Source of the DNA: a virus
Lineage: Duplodnaviria > Caudoviricetes
Virus record (IMG/VR): IMGVR_UViG_3300020455_000019
Coordinates: 1 to 51,013 of that record
DNA length: 51,013 nucleotides
Reading direction: 5' to 3' (one strand)
Shown: in pieces, positions 24,707-33,700 of the stretch
How positions within the stretch are numbered: the stretch's first letter is position 1
Layout: the number at the start of each line of letters is the position of its first letter
The notes under the pieces: generated by a model
What the model was told of the DNA's origin: nothing
What the model saw: only the letters and a program-made list of their open reading frames with translations
The model's database searches: none
Made by a program: the position numbers and the translations under genes

Positions 24707-25153
24707 ATGAGTAAAATATATAAGTTATTACTGCTCATATCCTTTGCAGGCACTAGCGTTTCTGCTGTTCCCGTGGTCCCCACGTTTTCTACGGGGACTT
24801 TAAACAGCAGACAAGAAACTAAGACTGTAGTTACTGAATCGATCACTTCAGTTGATTATCGATCAGGCTACGAATACGTGGTTTCTGGTCATAACATCGA
24901 ACCAATAAATACAGATACTATTTCACCTAAAGCTGTATTAAATACACCTCAAACAGTTGATAACATCACATTTTCATGGACCTCGGTAGATGTAACTCCA
25001 AGCACAAAACCCGATTGGAAAATCAAAACTGCTGGCAACGCTTTCTCCTTTACAGAAACTCTAGCCAATCCTGGCCTTTCAAATGTAACAACAATAAACC
25101 GAACCACAACAACAGACTCTATTGTGGAATCGGTGTCTGTCTTTACTCAATAA
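24707..25153 (+). CDS. Secreted Thr-rich beta protein
   Basis: Signal MSKIYKLLLLISFAGTSVSA, then VPVVPTF; AFSFTET motif. Confidence 0.75.
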   Translation: MSKIYKLLLLISFAGTSVSAVPVVPTFSTGTLNSRQETKTVVTESITSVDYRSGYEYVVSGHNIEPINTDTISPKAVLNTPQTVDNITFSWTSVDVTPSTKPDWKIKTAGNAFSFTETLANPGLSNVTTINRTTTTDSIVESVSVFTQ

Positions 25154-25818
25154 CATTTAGTCAGCCAGTATTTGCAAACGCTACGACTATAGCCTCTCCA
25201 TCTGCAACATCCCAAGGTTCCGTTATTAACCAAGGTATCCAGGTGCAAAGTGGTAGCTTTATGTTTCAAGAAGTAGGTGATGGAATCCGTTGTAGTGGAA
25301 CGACTCTTACCATTAATCCCTTCATCTCAAAAGTTAACACTTGGAAAGATCCGTTTGAGCCAACGTACCAAGAAAATGTATATGACGACAGTACAGATGA
25401 TAACGGTAATCTAATAAATCCAGGTGGAGTTTTATATACAAAGCCAATTAGAACTGGACAGGCACGTAATAACTTAAGCTTCAATTACGGTATAACTGCC
25501 ACGGTAGCTGTGCCGTTAGATAGACGCATGACCAATAACTGCGTAGCTGCCATGAATACCCGTGTTAAATATTTAGAACAAGCCTACAAAGCCAAGAAGT
25601 TAGATTACGCTCTTGGCCGTTTAAAAGTATGTGCAGAGCAGTTAAAGCTTGGGGTTACCTATTTAAAATCAAGTCCTAGCTACGTTGTATGTGAGGATGT
25701 AAAACTTGTAAATCCTCCTAATACACTTCCAGATCATAAACACTCTATTTCCGAGACAACCTCTGCTCCTTTTTCCTTTCAGCGAGGGACTTTACAGGAG
25801 GTTTCTTCCCCCGAATAG
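24976..25818 (+). CDS. Probable exported/outer-membrane protein; start uncertain
   Basis: Signal-like segment ending SQPVFA at residue ~67; amphipathic strands (TLTINPF, NYGITATVAVPL); four Cys in the mature part. Confidence 0.65.
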   Translation: MDLGRCNSKHKTRLENQNCWQRFLLYRNSSQSWPFKCNNNKPNHNNRLYCGIGVCLYSITFSQPVFANATTIASPSATSQGSVINQGIQVQSGSFMFQEVGDGIRCSGTTLTINPFISKVNTWKDPFEPTYQENVYDDSTDDNGNLINPGGVLYTKPIRTGQARNNLSFNYGITATVAVPLDRRMTNNCVAAMNTRVKYLEQAYKAKKLDYALGRLKVCAEQLKLGVTYLKSSPSYVVCEDVKLVNPPNTLPDHKHSISETTSAPFSFQRGTLQEVSSPE

Positions 25819-26584
25819 CTAACAACTTCTTTGTAATCTTCTTTGAAAAACTTTTAACCTGCCCTTTTAGTTGCTTCTGGACAAACTTAGCTATCGGTTG
25901 ACCAATAACAGTTACACCAACAACTGATGTAATCGCAATAGCAGATGTATTAACAAGGACAGTAGGTTGTGGAGCGTAATTACCTGCAATCTCTATAGGG
26001 TTCAATCCTTCCCAAACAGTTTCACATTTACCTGTAAGGACATCTCTCTTCCAACCTTTAATTCTGGCAAGTCCTCCTTTTCCTAACGAACCAACAGGAG
26101 TTTTAGCAAGTGTGTCTAAAGCAGGACAAGGAAGGATATCTACAATAAACTCTCCATCAATAGTTGGAACTTTAAAATCTTGTTGCCCTACATTGGTATC
26201 TCCCTCCTCGTTGTCGGAGCTATCCTTTTCTTCCACTTCCTTTCTCTTATTCCTTTTTGATTTCTTTGGAAGAACAGGAGCAACAATCTTAGGAGTTGGA
26301 GGTTTTATTTCCTCTTGTTGCTCAGGTTCAACAGTAGTAGCCCCGTCCCAATCAACAGCCATACTTTCAAGCGTTGGCATATTCCCATCACAGACATAAA
26401 AATTGCCACGTTCATCATTAGTAACTAGGTTTTTATTTTTTAAATTCCTAGCCCTTACACAGCCAGGCATTTGAATAACTGGGAAACCTATGTTTGTTGG
26501 AACTAAAGGCTTAGGTATAGAAATTATTGTTGTATCTATCGCAGCTTCAGGTATTTCTTGAACAGAAATATCTTCTATTTCCAT
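25745..26584 (-). CDS. Pro/Cys-containing protein with C-terminal TM anchor and basic tail
   Basis: IGFPVIQMPGCV, YVCDG, PCP..GKCE, TSAIAITSVVGVTVIG, Lys-rich C-terminus. Confidence 0.7.
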   Translation of the reverse strand: MEIEDISVQEIPEAAIDTTIISIPKPLVPTNIGFPVIQMPGCVRARNLKNKNLVTNDERGNFYVCDGNMPTLESMAVDWDGATTVEPEQQEEIKPPTPKIVAPVLPKKSKRNKRKEVEEKDSSDNEEGDTNVGQQDFKVPTIDGEFIVDILPCPALDTLAKTPVGSLGKGGLARIKGWKRDVLTGKCETVWEGLNPIEIAGNYAPQPTVLVNTSAIAITSVVGVTVIGQPIAKFVQKQLKGQVKSFSKKITKKLLAIRGKKPPVKSLAERKKEQRLSRK

Positions 26585-27142
26585 TTAGCAATCATTCCAT
26601 TGGCCAGCAAGATCGCTTGCAAGGTTGCCCACAGCTTTACGGCTTTGACCAAACCAAAGACCTGCTAAAACGGGGCCAAGGATTGGGATTCCAGCAATTG
26701 CAGGAGTAACTTGAACCGATCCAGCATCAGCAATTAATTGTCCATTGGAGCGACCCTGAGCCATTTTTTCAATACAAGAAATCTGATCTGCTGTAAGTTT
26801 TCCGTCTGAGCCTTTCGGATAAATTGCAAATTGGGCTACGTCTTGTTTATGTGTATATTTCTTTTTAACCCCACCATTGAAAGTAGGCTGAGAATCATCT
26901 GTGATCGTTGTGACTAATTTTGGATCGTGTTGTTTAGAATTAAAAATCCACTCCTCTGCACCGTCAGGCTTGGTTTCACTCCTAATTTGAATTGAGCTAT
27001 AAGGAGTGCTAGAAAGCTTGGCGATGTCTGGAATACCAGAATCTTTACGAGCTAAAAGGTTCAAGCTCATAAAGTTTGTGGCAATAAGTCCTCCACCTAA
27101 CACTAAAGAAGTTAGGCCGTTAAATGATTTGAATTGAATCAT
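26585..27142 (-). CDS. Membrane protein with N-terminal anchor and C-terminal glycine-zipper-like hairpin
   Basis: Start re-assigned to MIQFKSF; AIAGIPILGPVLAGLWFG segment flanked by two Cys. Confidence 0.7.
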   Translation of the reverse strand: MIQFKSFNGLTSLVLGGGLIATNFMSLNLLARKDSGIPDIAKLSSTPYSSIQIRSETKPDGAEEWIFNSKQHDPKLVTTITDDSQPTFNGGVKKKYTHKQDVAQFAIYPKGSDGKLTADQISCIEKMAQGRSNGQLIADAGSVQVTPAIAGIPILGPVLAGLWFGQSRKAVGNLASDLAGQWNDC

Positions 27143-27143
27143 T

Positions 27144-27350
27144 CTATTTCCCGAACGGGAGTACAGATCCTGTCGATGATGGAACGCTTGGTATCTCTGG
27201 CATTGCTCCTTTAACAAGGGAAGGCAATTGCTTTTGCACTTCGCTCATTATGGATTCAGTTAATTTGCCACGTTGAAAATAAGCAAACGTTCCACCACCT
27301 ACCGCCACTACTAGAGCAGCGGTATTTATATAGGTGAGGATCTTAATCAT
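27144..27350 (-). CDS. Small single-TM protein with Pro-rich tail
   Basis: MIKILTYINTAALVVAVGGGTFAYF...MPEIPSVPSSTGSVLPF. Confidence 0.7.
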   Translation of the reverse strand: MIKILTYINTAALVVAVGGGTFAYFQRGKLTESIMSEVQKQLPSLVKGAMPEIPSVPSSTGSVLPFGK

Positions 27351-27541
27351 GCAGGACAAGCCTCACCACTATCTTCAGTAGTTGCCTTGTCAGCATCTCT
27401 AGCTTCGTTAATGATTTGGCCTTGCAATTGCTGAATTTTTAGCGCAAGTGGTTCAAGTTCAGCTTTGTTTGTTTCCTGCTGTCTTTTAACAACGCCATTG
27501 TATTCTTCAACGGCAGCGTCTAATTCAGAGATAGTAGACAT
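27347..27541 (-). CDS. Small coiled-coil protein
   Basis: 64 aa with heptad pattern, follows the tail fibre genes. Confidence 0.65.
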   Translation of the reverse strand: MSTISELDAAVEEYNGVVKRQQETNKAELEPLALKIQQLQGQIINEARDADKATTEDSGEACPA

Positions 27542-27605
27542 AGATAAAATGTATATACTTTGAGATTCTAAACCTTCCTAAAAATATTGCCAATCCCAAT
27601 CTCAA

Positions 27606-27899
27606 TTAACTTTTCCAAGTACCTGAAACATTCGTGTTAAACGAATCAACATCTTTCCAAGTTCCATTGACAAGAACCTTTGCACTATCAACGGTCTTCC
27701 ATACACCACTAACAAGCACATAAGCAGTTAGGGAACCACCACCACCACCACTTGAAACAGGGTTAACTGCAAAAGGTAACGTCCATTCAATAAGGTCTAG
27801 AGTGCCAGAGCCTACTGTTGATTTTGCTTCTATACAAACAAAAGGCAAAGTCCATTCAACAATGTCTAACGCTAGTTGTTCAGTATTTGGTAATGCCAT
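27606..27899 (-). CDS. Small tail-fibre-associated adaptor
   Basis: Duplicated LD(I/L)(V/I)EWTLPF, Gly linker, three V(S/N)GxWK motifs. Confidence 0.6.
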   Translation of the reverse strand: MALPNTEQLALDIVEWTLPFVCIEAKSTVGSGTLDLIEWTLPFAVNPVSSGGGGGSLTAYVLVSGVWKTVDSAKVLVNGTWKDVDSFNTNVSGTWKS

Positions 27900-28114
27900 T
27901 AGCTTACATTTGCCTCAATACCTTCCTTGTCTGCTTTTTCTTGCGTTTCCTGCTCTTCTTCAGCATTTATCATCTTGTCAATCACTGCTGTCATATAATC
28001 CAAAGTTAATTCGTCTTTGGAACAAAATCTTTGGTAGCGTGTCTCTGAAATTTTTATCATATAAAAAAACTCATTTTGTTCAGTTGTTCCTGAGTCAAAA
28101 ATGGAATAAGCCAT
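27899..28114 (-). CDS. Small acidic protein, possible fibre chaperone
   Basis: 71 aa, coupled to 27606..27899. Confidence 0.55.
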   Translation of the reverse strand: MAYSIFDSGTTEQNEFFYMIKISETRYQRFCSKDELTLDYMTAVIDKMINAEEEQETQEKADKEGIEANVS

Positions 28115-28117
28115 AAT

Positions 28118-30724
28118 TTAAGCCTGTGTAATAGACATATCATCAAAGTAGTTAGTAGTAACACTACCGCCATAAGAGGTTACATAAACATCAATAAAAC
28201 CTGCTGCTGTTGGTGTGACTTGGGCGGTCAATTCTTGCCAAGAATAAGAATAACTAGTTGTTTCAGTAACAATATCTGCTGTCATACCGATTAACGTATT
28301 CTTTCCTATTATTAATTGTGCTGGAGTATAATTATTACTGGCATAGACCCATATTTTAACAGTCACTTGACTACCAGAAGCAACTGCAAACTTCCCAAAT
28401 TGAGTTTTTAAATAGCCGGGAGCATCACCAGTTCCGGCAACATTATTGTTATAAAAAGACCAAGAATACCCTGAACTCGTATGTCTAGTTGTTGTGTTGT
28501 TTTTAACTAAACCTCTAGGGAAATAAGTTTCATGCACATTGCTTACATTGTTTGCATTTCGTCTGTACCACGGACCTTGGAGATTTGATATAGGAGAACT
28601 AGCATAAGTTCCTGTAAATTGATCATTACTCGTTCTTAATGAAGAAGCACTACTATTTAGACCAATTTGTCTATCTGCAATCTGAGGATTATTTAAAGTA
28701 AGAGTACCTTTTGTAAGGTTCACGATGGAAGTTGGAGGATAAAAGCCTGGAGGATGAAGAGATGAATCCTGTGTATATACAAAATTATCTACAGTAATAT
28801 CAGGATCGGTATTTAGGTATGGCACAACTCCAGAAGCATTTTTACTTGTACAATTATTAACTGTTACTGCGGCCTTGTTATTATAAAAATAAAGAGAATA
28901 ATCTCCACTTGCGCTACTTATATATTCATCCAACGTTATATTGCCTACATTATTTTCAATTTTTTGATTAATTATGGCTGCTCTAGCTGTTATCTTGCCT
29001 AGATAAGTTGGATTACTAGTGTAAAGTAAACTAAAACCAGCAGACATGTCGCCTCCGACCACGTAGAATTCATAATTTTCTTTTGTTGCTGCATCAGAAT
29101 TTACCTGAACCGATCCTGCCGTGGAAGTATCTTTAAAAAAATAATCACTATAGGAAATTAATGCTGTCATTGAGACAACCAAGTTCTTGATTTTTCTCCA
29201 TCTATTACTTTGAGAATAAAAGCCATTTTGCGATGCAATATGACAACAATGAATGTCTTCTAAGGAATTATATTGCCCACTTGAATGATTTTGTTTCATT
29301 CTTACGGTTCCAATCTTACTAATATTACAACCATAAAAAGTAGCAAATTGGAAAGTTGAGTCTTTTACTAGTCCGTCTATAAAAGAACTTTCTAATGACT
29401 GAGTAGACATATTTGTTCTATCCCAACCACCGGAAACATTAATCCAACTACTATTTGCCTGGCCGGAATTACTAATACCAGAATTCATATTAGCGTACCC
29501 AGATGACGTATGTCCCAAGGTATCTATTACATATTTACATCTATTTGATTCTCTTTTATATATATTCTGATTACTTAAGTTTGAAGAAAAACCAGCATTA
29601 CTACGGCCTCCATAATATCCGATATGAGTAGATGAGCCATAATTTTTTTGCTCAAGAATTATTCTTTTATCATTAATAGACTCAATACCATACCAACATG
29701 GATCTGATGTCGTATTTAATCCTACTACTGATCGATGTGTTAACGAATCAGCAGCAGAAGATGCTTTACAAGCAATAATGTTATTTAAAACGAACGCTTG
29801 CGCTCCTTGATCTGTATCTACATACAAAGCTATTGAATTAATATTATTCCCAAAATTACTACCTAAATCAACAACAACTTCTGCCCAAACCTCAAATTTA
29901 TATCCTTTTAAATCAAAATTTAATGTATTAACAGTTGTGTTTCCAGATGAGTCAGAACAAAGCCTCAAACTGCAATTTGAGCCATAGTGTTGACCAGTGC
30001 CATTGCCTAAAAGTTTAAAAGATATTTGCTGATAACCACTTAAATCAAGTCCCCCAGTTGCCCAATATGCAGCTTTGCCCGTCCCAAAAGCAGCATCAAT
30101 GGTAATTTGATCTGAATGGTAATGTTCATTAATACGTTGATTACTGCTACCCCACATAAAAGAACTAGCAGTGACCAGACTGGTCGTAACATTGGTTGAG
30201 GCAGTCCACGTTGTTGTTCTAGGTCCAAAGGATGCAATATTTTTAGTTACAGGAGTATTCAACATTATCGTTGAATAAGTCCGAACAAAAAACTTTATAT
30301 GTACAGAGCTTGCGGTAGTATTACTAGCCGCTGTATAACCATCTAATTTGATAGTATTGTCATTCACTTTTGTAACGGTCCAAGTCCCATTCAAAGAAGT
30401 ATCACTATTTTCAAAAATAAAAATTGTACCTCCTGTACTGGGAAATTGTTTTCCAAAGTTTGAATAAGGGCCAATAGTAGTCTCACCAGTCGTCGTGGAA
30501 TAAGCAATATTTGCGTAGATACTTTGATTACTATACGACTTTTGAAAGTAACCACTAAAAACATTGCCAGTGCCAACCAATGTAGGATCAGGTGATCCCA
30601 TTATTCGCACTTCATCTCCACCACTTAAAGCCCAACTTGACGGAATTGTTGCTTTCCTATTAGCAAAAGACGTTCCATCAGCACTATCGTTTCCATTTTC
30701 GTAATCAATGTAATAAGTAGACAT
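28118..30724 (-). CDS. Putative receptor-binding/tail spike protein (beta-helix with CBM-like domains)
   Basis: MSTYYIDYENGNDSADGTS N-terminus, S/T/N-rich, C-terminal WQELT...YFDDMSI jelly-roll pattern; directly after the fibre gene. Confidence 0.65.
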   Translation of the reverse strand: MSTYYIDYENGNDSADGTSFANRKATIPSSWALSGGDEVRIMGSPDPTLVGTGNVFSGYFQKSYSNQSIYANIAYSTTTGETTIGPYSNFGKQFPSTGGTIFIFENSDTSLNGTWTVTKVNDNTIKLDGYTAASNTTASSVHIKFFVRTYSTIMLNTPVTKNIASFGPRTTTWTASTNVTTSLVTASSFMWGSSNQRINEHYHSDQITIDAAFGTGKAAYWATGGLDLSGYQQISFKLLGNGTGQHYGSNCSLRLCSDSSGNTTVNTLNFDLKGYKFEVWAEVVVDLGSNFGNNINSIALYVDTDQGAQAFVLNNIIACKASSAADSLTHRSVVGLNTTSDPCWYGIESINDKRIILEQKNYGSSTHIGYYGGRSNAGFSSNLSNQNIYKRESNRCKYVIDTLGHTSSGYANMNSGISNSGQANSSWINVSGGWDRTNMSTQSLESSFIDGLVKDSTFQFATFYGCNISKIGTVRMKQNHSSGQYNSLEDIHCCHIASQNGFYSQSNRWRKIKNLVVSMTALISYSDYFFKDTSTAGSVQVNSDAATKENYEFYVVGGDMSAGFSLLYTSNPTYLGKITARAAIINQKIENNVGNITLDEYISSASGDYSLYFYNNKAAVTVNNCTSKNASGVVPYLNTDPDITVDNFVYTQDSSLHPPGFYPPTSIVNLTKGTLTLNNPQIADRQIGLNSSASSLRTSNDQFTGTYASSPISNLQGPWYRRNANNVSNVHETYFPRGLVKNNTTTRHTSSGYSWSFYNNNVAGTGDAPGYLKTQFGKFAVASGSQVTVKIWVYASNNYTPAQLIIGKNTLIGMTADIVTETTSYSYSWQELTAQVTPTAAGFIDVYVTSYGGSVTTNYFDDMSITQA

Positions 30725-30762
30725 GGCAATTAGTTAGAAAAAATGTGAATTAGGAAAGTAAA

Positions 30763-33700
30763 TTAAGAATAAACTATGTATAAATCCCCATCCGCAAATC
30801 CTGTGGTGCTCGAAGGGGCTGATGTAGAAGTAGTTATTCGCCTCATTCCATTTGCTGAACTTGCGACACTAGCTGCATGAATTTTACTGACGTAAACTTC
30901 TTCGCTAGATAACGCCCCGCCAGAACCAACGTTGTTTTGGTGGAGCATGTCAGAATGACTAGTACCGTTAAACCACTGACAAGTCGTAGAAGCAGAGGCA
31001 AAACTTATACCACCACCAGAACTAGAGTGATTATTCCATAGATAAACTTTATTATCGTTTGTGTAATACTGAAGACTTACCTTGTTAGCCCCTGCTGCAT
31101 CATTAAGCTCAAGTTCTGGATTAGTAGCTGTAATTGTTGCTGAACCTGAAGTGAAAGTAAAATTACTTTCTGCTTCGAGAGTATTGCTAGAACTAGATCC
31201 TGTAATTATACGATTATCGGCGTTGTTATTAATTGTTGTTCCACCTGATGATGGAAGGTTGGTTAGGTTTGAGCCGTCTAGTGCTGGCAAAGTTCCACCC
31301 GAAGTTATATTTGCCGCCGATAAACTTGTCAGGTTTGAACCATTACCGTGAATTTGATTGACGTAAACATTTTTACTCGATAATTTACCGCCGGAACCTA
31401 CATTTAAATCCGTTAAAAGTGTTGCCCAATTATTGCTGCTCGTATAGACCTCATAATCATCACTTGAACTAGCAGGAAATTTTAGGCCTCTATTATTAAT
31501 TGCTTGCCAAAACCACATTTGGCTATTGTAATAATGTTGATAATAAACCTGGGTACCACTAGCGTTAAAGACATCTAGAATAACTGGATTATCATGACCT
31601 CTGATATAAATTTTATGACTAGCACTATTACTTATCGTTAAATCACCCCCCGTCATCGTCAAATTACCCGTCAACGTTCCACCGCTTAAAAGCAGCTTGG
31701 TTGAATCGGTGGCACTGATGTTGGTTAAGTTTGAACCGTTTAAGGCTGGTAAAGTTCCACCAGAGGCTATATTTGCCGCCGATAAATCCGTTAAATTTGA
31801 ACCATCACCATGAATCTCGTTAACGTAAACATTTTTACCAGATAAGTCACCGCCCGAACCTACGTTTCCTTCGTGGATAACACGTTGCTGAGCCGATCCG
31901 TCGTACCACACAAATAGATTACTTACAATTAATCCAGTATTTTGATGTCCGTTGTATAGCTCTACTAATCCACTATTACTGTATGAAAGATACGCTTTAG
32001 AAGTACTACCATCATAAAAATTTATTTTAGGACTGTTAGACCCTTTAAGTGAAATCTTTTCGTGGGTAGTAGTATTGATTTCTACAGTTGAACCATCAAA
32101 AGTAAGGTTTGCTTCTCCATTCAATTCACCAGTTGTTCCAGAACCAGTGATTAAGCGATTATCTGCGTTGTTGTTGATTGTTGTTCCACTAATTGTTTGC
32201 CAACTGTTGTCGCCTCTCAAGAAAGTTGAACTACTTGCCGTACCAGAACTACCAAGACGGTCTATTGGGACTGTTCCAGCATTTAGATTTGAAGCTGAAC
32301 CTGCTGTAAATCCTCCAGACGTTCCAGAAACACTTCCAGTAACGTCTCCAATAAATTTCTTACCAGTAGCAACTTGAATATCTTCTGAAGATGTCCAAGC
32401 ATCAGTTGAATTAACCCAGTTAAATGTCTTATCTGTTGCACCTTTAAGAGTTAAACCACCACCGTCAGCAGTTGTATCGCTAGGACTTGCAACCTTACCA
32501 AGTTCTATATTTTTATCAGCGACCTCAACAGTAGTGCTATTAACTGTTGTTGTTGTGCCATTAACTGTAAGATCTCCACTTAGAGTTAATGACGCTGCAT
32601 GAATAGCACTAGAAGATAACGCTCCACTGGAACCTACGTTTCCTTGGTGGACAATAGTTTGATCACTAGATCCATCGTACCAAGTGAAATTTGAACCTAC
32701 TTTTATTGATGTGCTGTGTTCATAATTGTGTAAATAGGCATAGCCATCAGCTCGCCAAGCAAGGAACATTTTTGATGCAGTACCCTCATACCAAATAATC
32801 TCTGGGTCATTACTACCTTTGAGATGCATTTTTGCATTATTAGTACTACTAATTTGTAAACTTGAACCATCAAATTGAAGACCTGCTTCTCCATTTAAAG
32901 TATTAGTCGTTCCAGTCGCTGTGACAATCCTATTGTCTGCCTGATTATTAATTGTGACTCCAGCAGGAACGTCCTGCCAAGAACAAGTCCCGTCACCATC
33001 TTCTCTTAGGAATTTTGTGCCGCCTGATTCACCTGTAGATAATATTGCTGTTCCTTCTGGTGTAGCTGAAACTGTTTGCCAAGTATTGTCGCCTCTTAGG
33101 AACTTGGTGGTGATAGAACTTCCTGATCCGAGTCTTGCAGCATCTACTGTTCCAGCAGTAATATTATCAGCATCTAAAGCAGTTAATGAAGTTCCAACTC
33201 CGCTAAATCCTGTACTAGTAAGTAATCCAGTTGAAGGGTTATAAGTTAAACCTGTATCTGTTTCTGCTCCTTGTGATCCTGTTGCACCATCAGCAAACAA
33301 TGGATAAACAGTTTCATCAGTTGAATTGTTAGCTGTAACCGTAAATTCAGTTGCTAAAGATGCTGTAGCCGCATTACCTGAACAAGCCGCAGATGTTCCA
33401 GAACTGGTAATAAAATTAGCACCGTTAGTTAGTTGATTATTATTAGTCGGGATTGTTGGCTTGTTAGTTAAATTTGAATAGGAAATATCAATATTGGCAG
33501 TACCATCAAAGTTTGTCCCTCCGATTGTTCTTGCATTAGCTAAAGCAGTTGCTGTAGCAGCATTACCTGTTGTGTCTTGATCACCAGCAGCATTAACACC
33601 TGGAAGGTTGATGCTTGCAGTACCGTCGAAAGCGACTCCACCAATATTTACACTTGAGACTAAAGCTGTTGCAGTAGCAGCGTTTCCAGTACACGAACCA

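Noticed and set aside
30763-32960. Diversity-generating retroelement acting on the fibre
   Set aside because: No reverse transcriptase, and differences between duplicated segments are mostly synonymous rather than adenine-specific
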